64,000 nucleotides of DNA, taken from positions 161,575 to 225,574 of the forward strand of contig NMRA01000338.1 of assembly GCA_002633005.1 (NCBI GenBank), written 5' to 3'. Made by a program: the position numbers and the translations under genes. Under the pieces are notes generated by a model. It was not told the DNA's origin. It saw only the letters and a program-made list of their open reading frames with translations, and did no database searches. Below are positions 62,601 to 64,000 of the stretch, piece by piece (within the stretch, counting starts at the first letter, position 1; each line of letters begins with the position of its first letter). The stretch is from Phoronis australis. Lineage: Eukaryota > Animalia > Phoronida.

Positions 62601-63730
62601 CCAGATTTTTTCTACAGAATATATTTGGATTCGACTTCTGGTCCTTAAACTAGGTTCCATGCTTATCTCCACAAAACTGGTAATATGACTTCTTAGATTA
62701 TATCATTTTGTTCGAAAATCAAACACCGTAATAACTGGGCGTTTATTTAGTGTCACTAAAACATGAAAATTTCATTTTCTGAATACACATCCATGGGCTT
62801 ATCTACAGAAAATCCCGGTAAGTAGTGCATGTTAAACAGCATAATGTGAAAGTGTGCTCGTACAGATGTGTGTTTGTGTTAACGAAGGACTGCTATGTAA
62901 CTACAGTCATCACTATAGTCATAAAGATGTATGAACAATGTTTCCAGAGCAGTCACGGCAAGGTTTCGAACTCAAGAGTCTGTGACTCAAGCGCACCAAT
63001 AACAAAGCCACCATCATTGAATGAATTCCAATACGACAAAAAAGTGTGACCCACTTGTTAACTCTGTCGAAGTAAATAACTACTTACTTTTGAACTGTGG
63101 TCATTATTTTGAGGTGCACTGAGTAGTGCAACAGTATACAAATATGGACCAATCCCAAGGGTGACATCAGGTCACATGGATTGAGGGATAACAATATTGC
63201 TCTCCTGAGACCATGTGACCTGTACACCCGAGGGACTTGTCTATAGTTGTGTCATATGACAACCGATGCTTCTTTCTTAACGGATTGCTTCCTCTCTAGT
63301 TAGATTAGCTTGTTCTGACATAGTCTGCTCACTTTGTGGTTAGGGTTTAAGGTTTCTGCAGCGTCTGGCCAGATCGCAAATACCGACGTCTGACATGGAG
63401 ACGGTATGAATGACAAGTAATGTTCCACAGGATGGTCAATATTATGCTATATGAGATGTTATCGCACCATGTTTGAGCCAATCAGAACACAAAGTATTAG
63501 TGCTCGCGGAATATTTCTTTCTTTGAAAAGAATCATCTTCTATTTTCAAATTTTGCATGCACTACAAGGTTAAAGGTTGGTGAAAATGTTTCAAGCCATG
63601 ACACCGTGACTGGTGTTCAAGGGCACATCCAAGATGACAATCCCACTAGACCTACTTCTAGAGCCTGTATGGTGATTGGGTATTTCTCCAGAGTGGCTAT
63701 CACCTCCACAACCCTGCCCATGTCCACGAT
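59677..63730 (-). CDS. MED26: Mediator subunit 26 (partial; first exon lies beyond the window)
   Basis: Exon 63730-63656 (IVDMGRVVEVIATLEKYPITIQALE) splices in phase to exon 61371-59677 (QTRLGRYVNDLRKKT...LVRSWQKL), forming the TFIIS-N/LW domain. Middle motif KTPKVKTTAQIL; C-terminal W.GING..D....WHDW.....SYNGDLLHVLPYV matches Med26_C. Confidence 0.94.
61976..62320. mobile_element. About 345-bp foldback element in the MED26 intron
   Basis: Arms of about 165 bp (atcaactactgg..ttggtaacaga / tctgttaccaa..ccagtagttgat) around a short loop. Confidence 0.85.
63135..63250. repeat. Imperfect foldback (MITE-like)
   Basis: gggtg..aggtcacatgg / ccatgtgacct..caccc. Confidence 0.65.
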
Positions 63731-63795
63731 CTGAAACAGAGGTCAAAGGTCACGTACAGCACGAGTTCACCACACACGATTGACAATGCCACAAA

Positions 63796-64000
63796 CAAGG
63801 TACCTAAACTACACGGTCAACGAACTTATAAACACGGGCACGCACGCATGAACACGACTCACTGACCTGCAAACACCGTCCACTGACTCACAAACATGGG
63901 AACGGACTCACAAAACACGATCCATGCACCCTAATACACGGGACACGGACTCATATTCACCACGTAACACGGTTAACGGACCGCCAAACACGGGTCACAG
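63796..64000. mobile_element. Second copy of the 8699 MITE family, truncated by the window edge
   Basis: Starts caaggtacctaaactacacgg, with internal acacggactca-type subrepeats. Confidence 0.75.

Overview
AT-rich, intron-rich animal genomic DNA, probably an invertebrate (species not determinable). I spliced three genes by hand, checking GT-AG boundaries and exon phase: RCC1 (+, 9 coding exons, 24497-32412, 428 aa), STIL (+, 16 coding exons, 40299-56614, about 1257 aa) and MED26 (-, last two exons, 63730-59677, convergent with STIL). An unidentified minus-strand gene appears to start at about 13.5-16.7 kb, with one or more signal-peptide-type first exons, and runs off the left edge. Non-coding DNA is full of non-autonomous transposons: hAT, hAT5-like, Harbinger-like, mariner-like, a Kolobok derivative, LINE 3' ends and a Helentron/DINE-1-like family. 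The most interesting unexplained signals are: (1) many long, G-U-rich, sense-strand hairpins plus C/D and H/ACA snoRNA-like units in RCC1 non-coding sequence; (2) 64-65 bp tandem duplications that straddle a splice donor (RCC1) and a splice acceptor (STIL); (3) a repeat family carrying co-oriented CTCF-like motifs about every 150 bp; (4) a decayed partial MED26 duplicate; (5) PxTP heptad repeats in MED26. Most short ORFs in the track are spurious. All homology calls come from recalled family motifs, not database searches.
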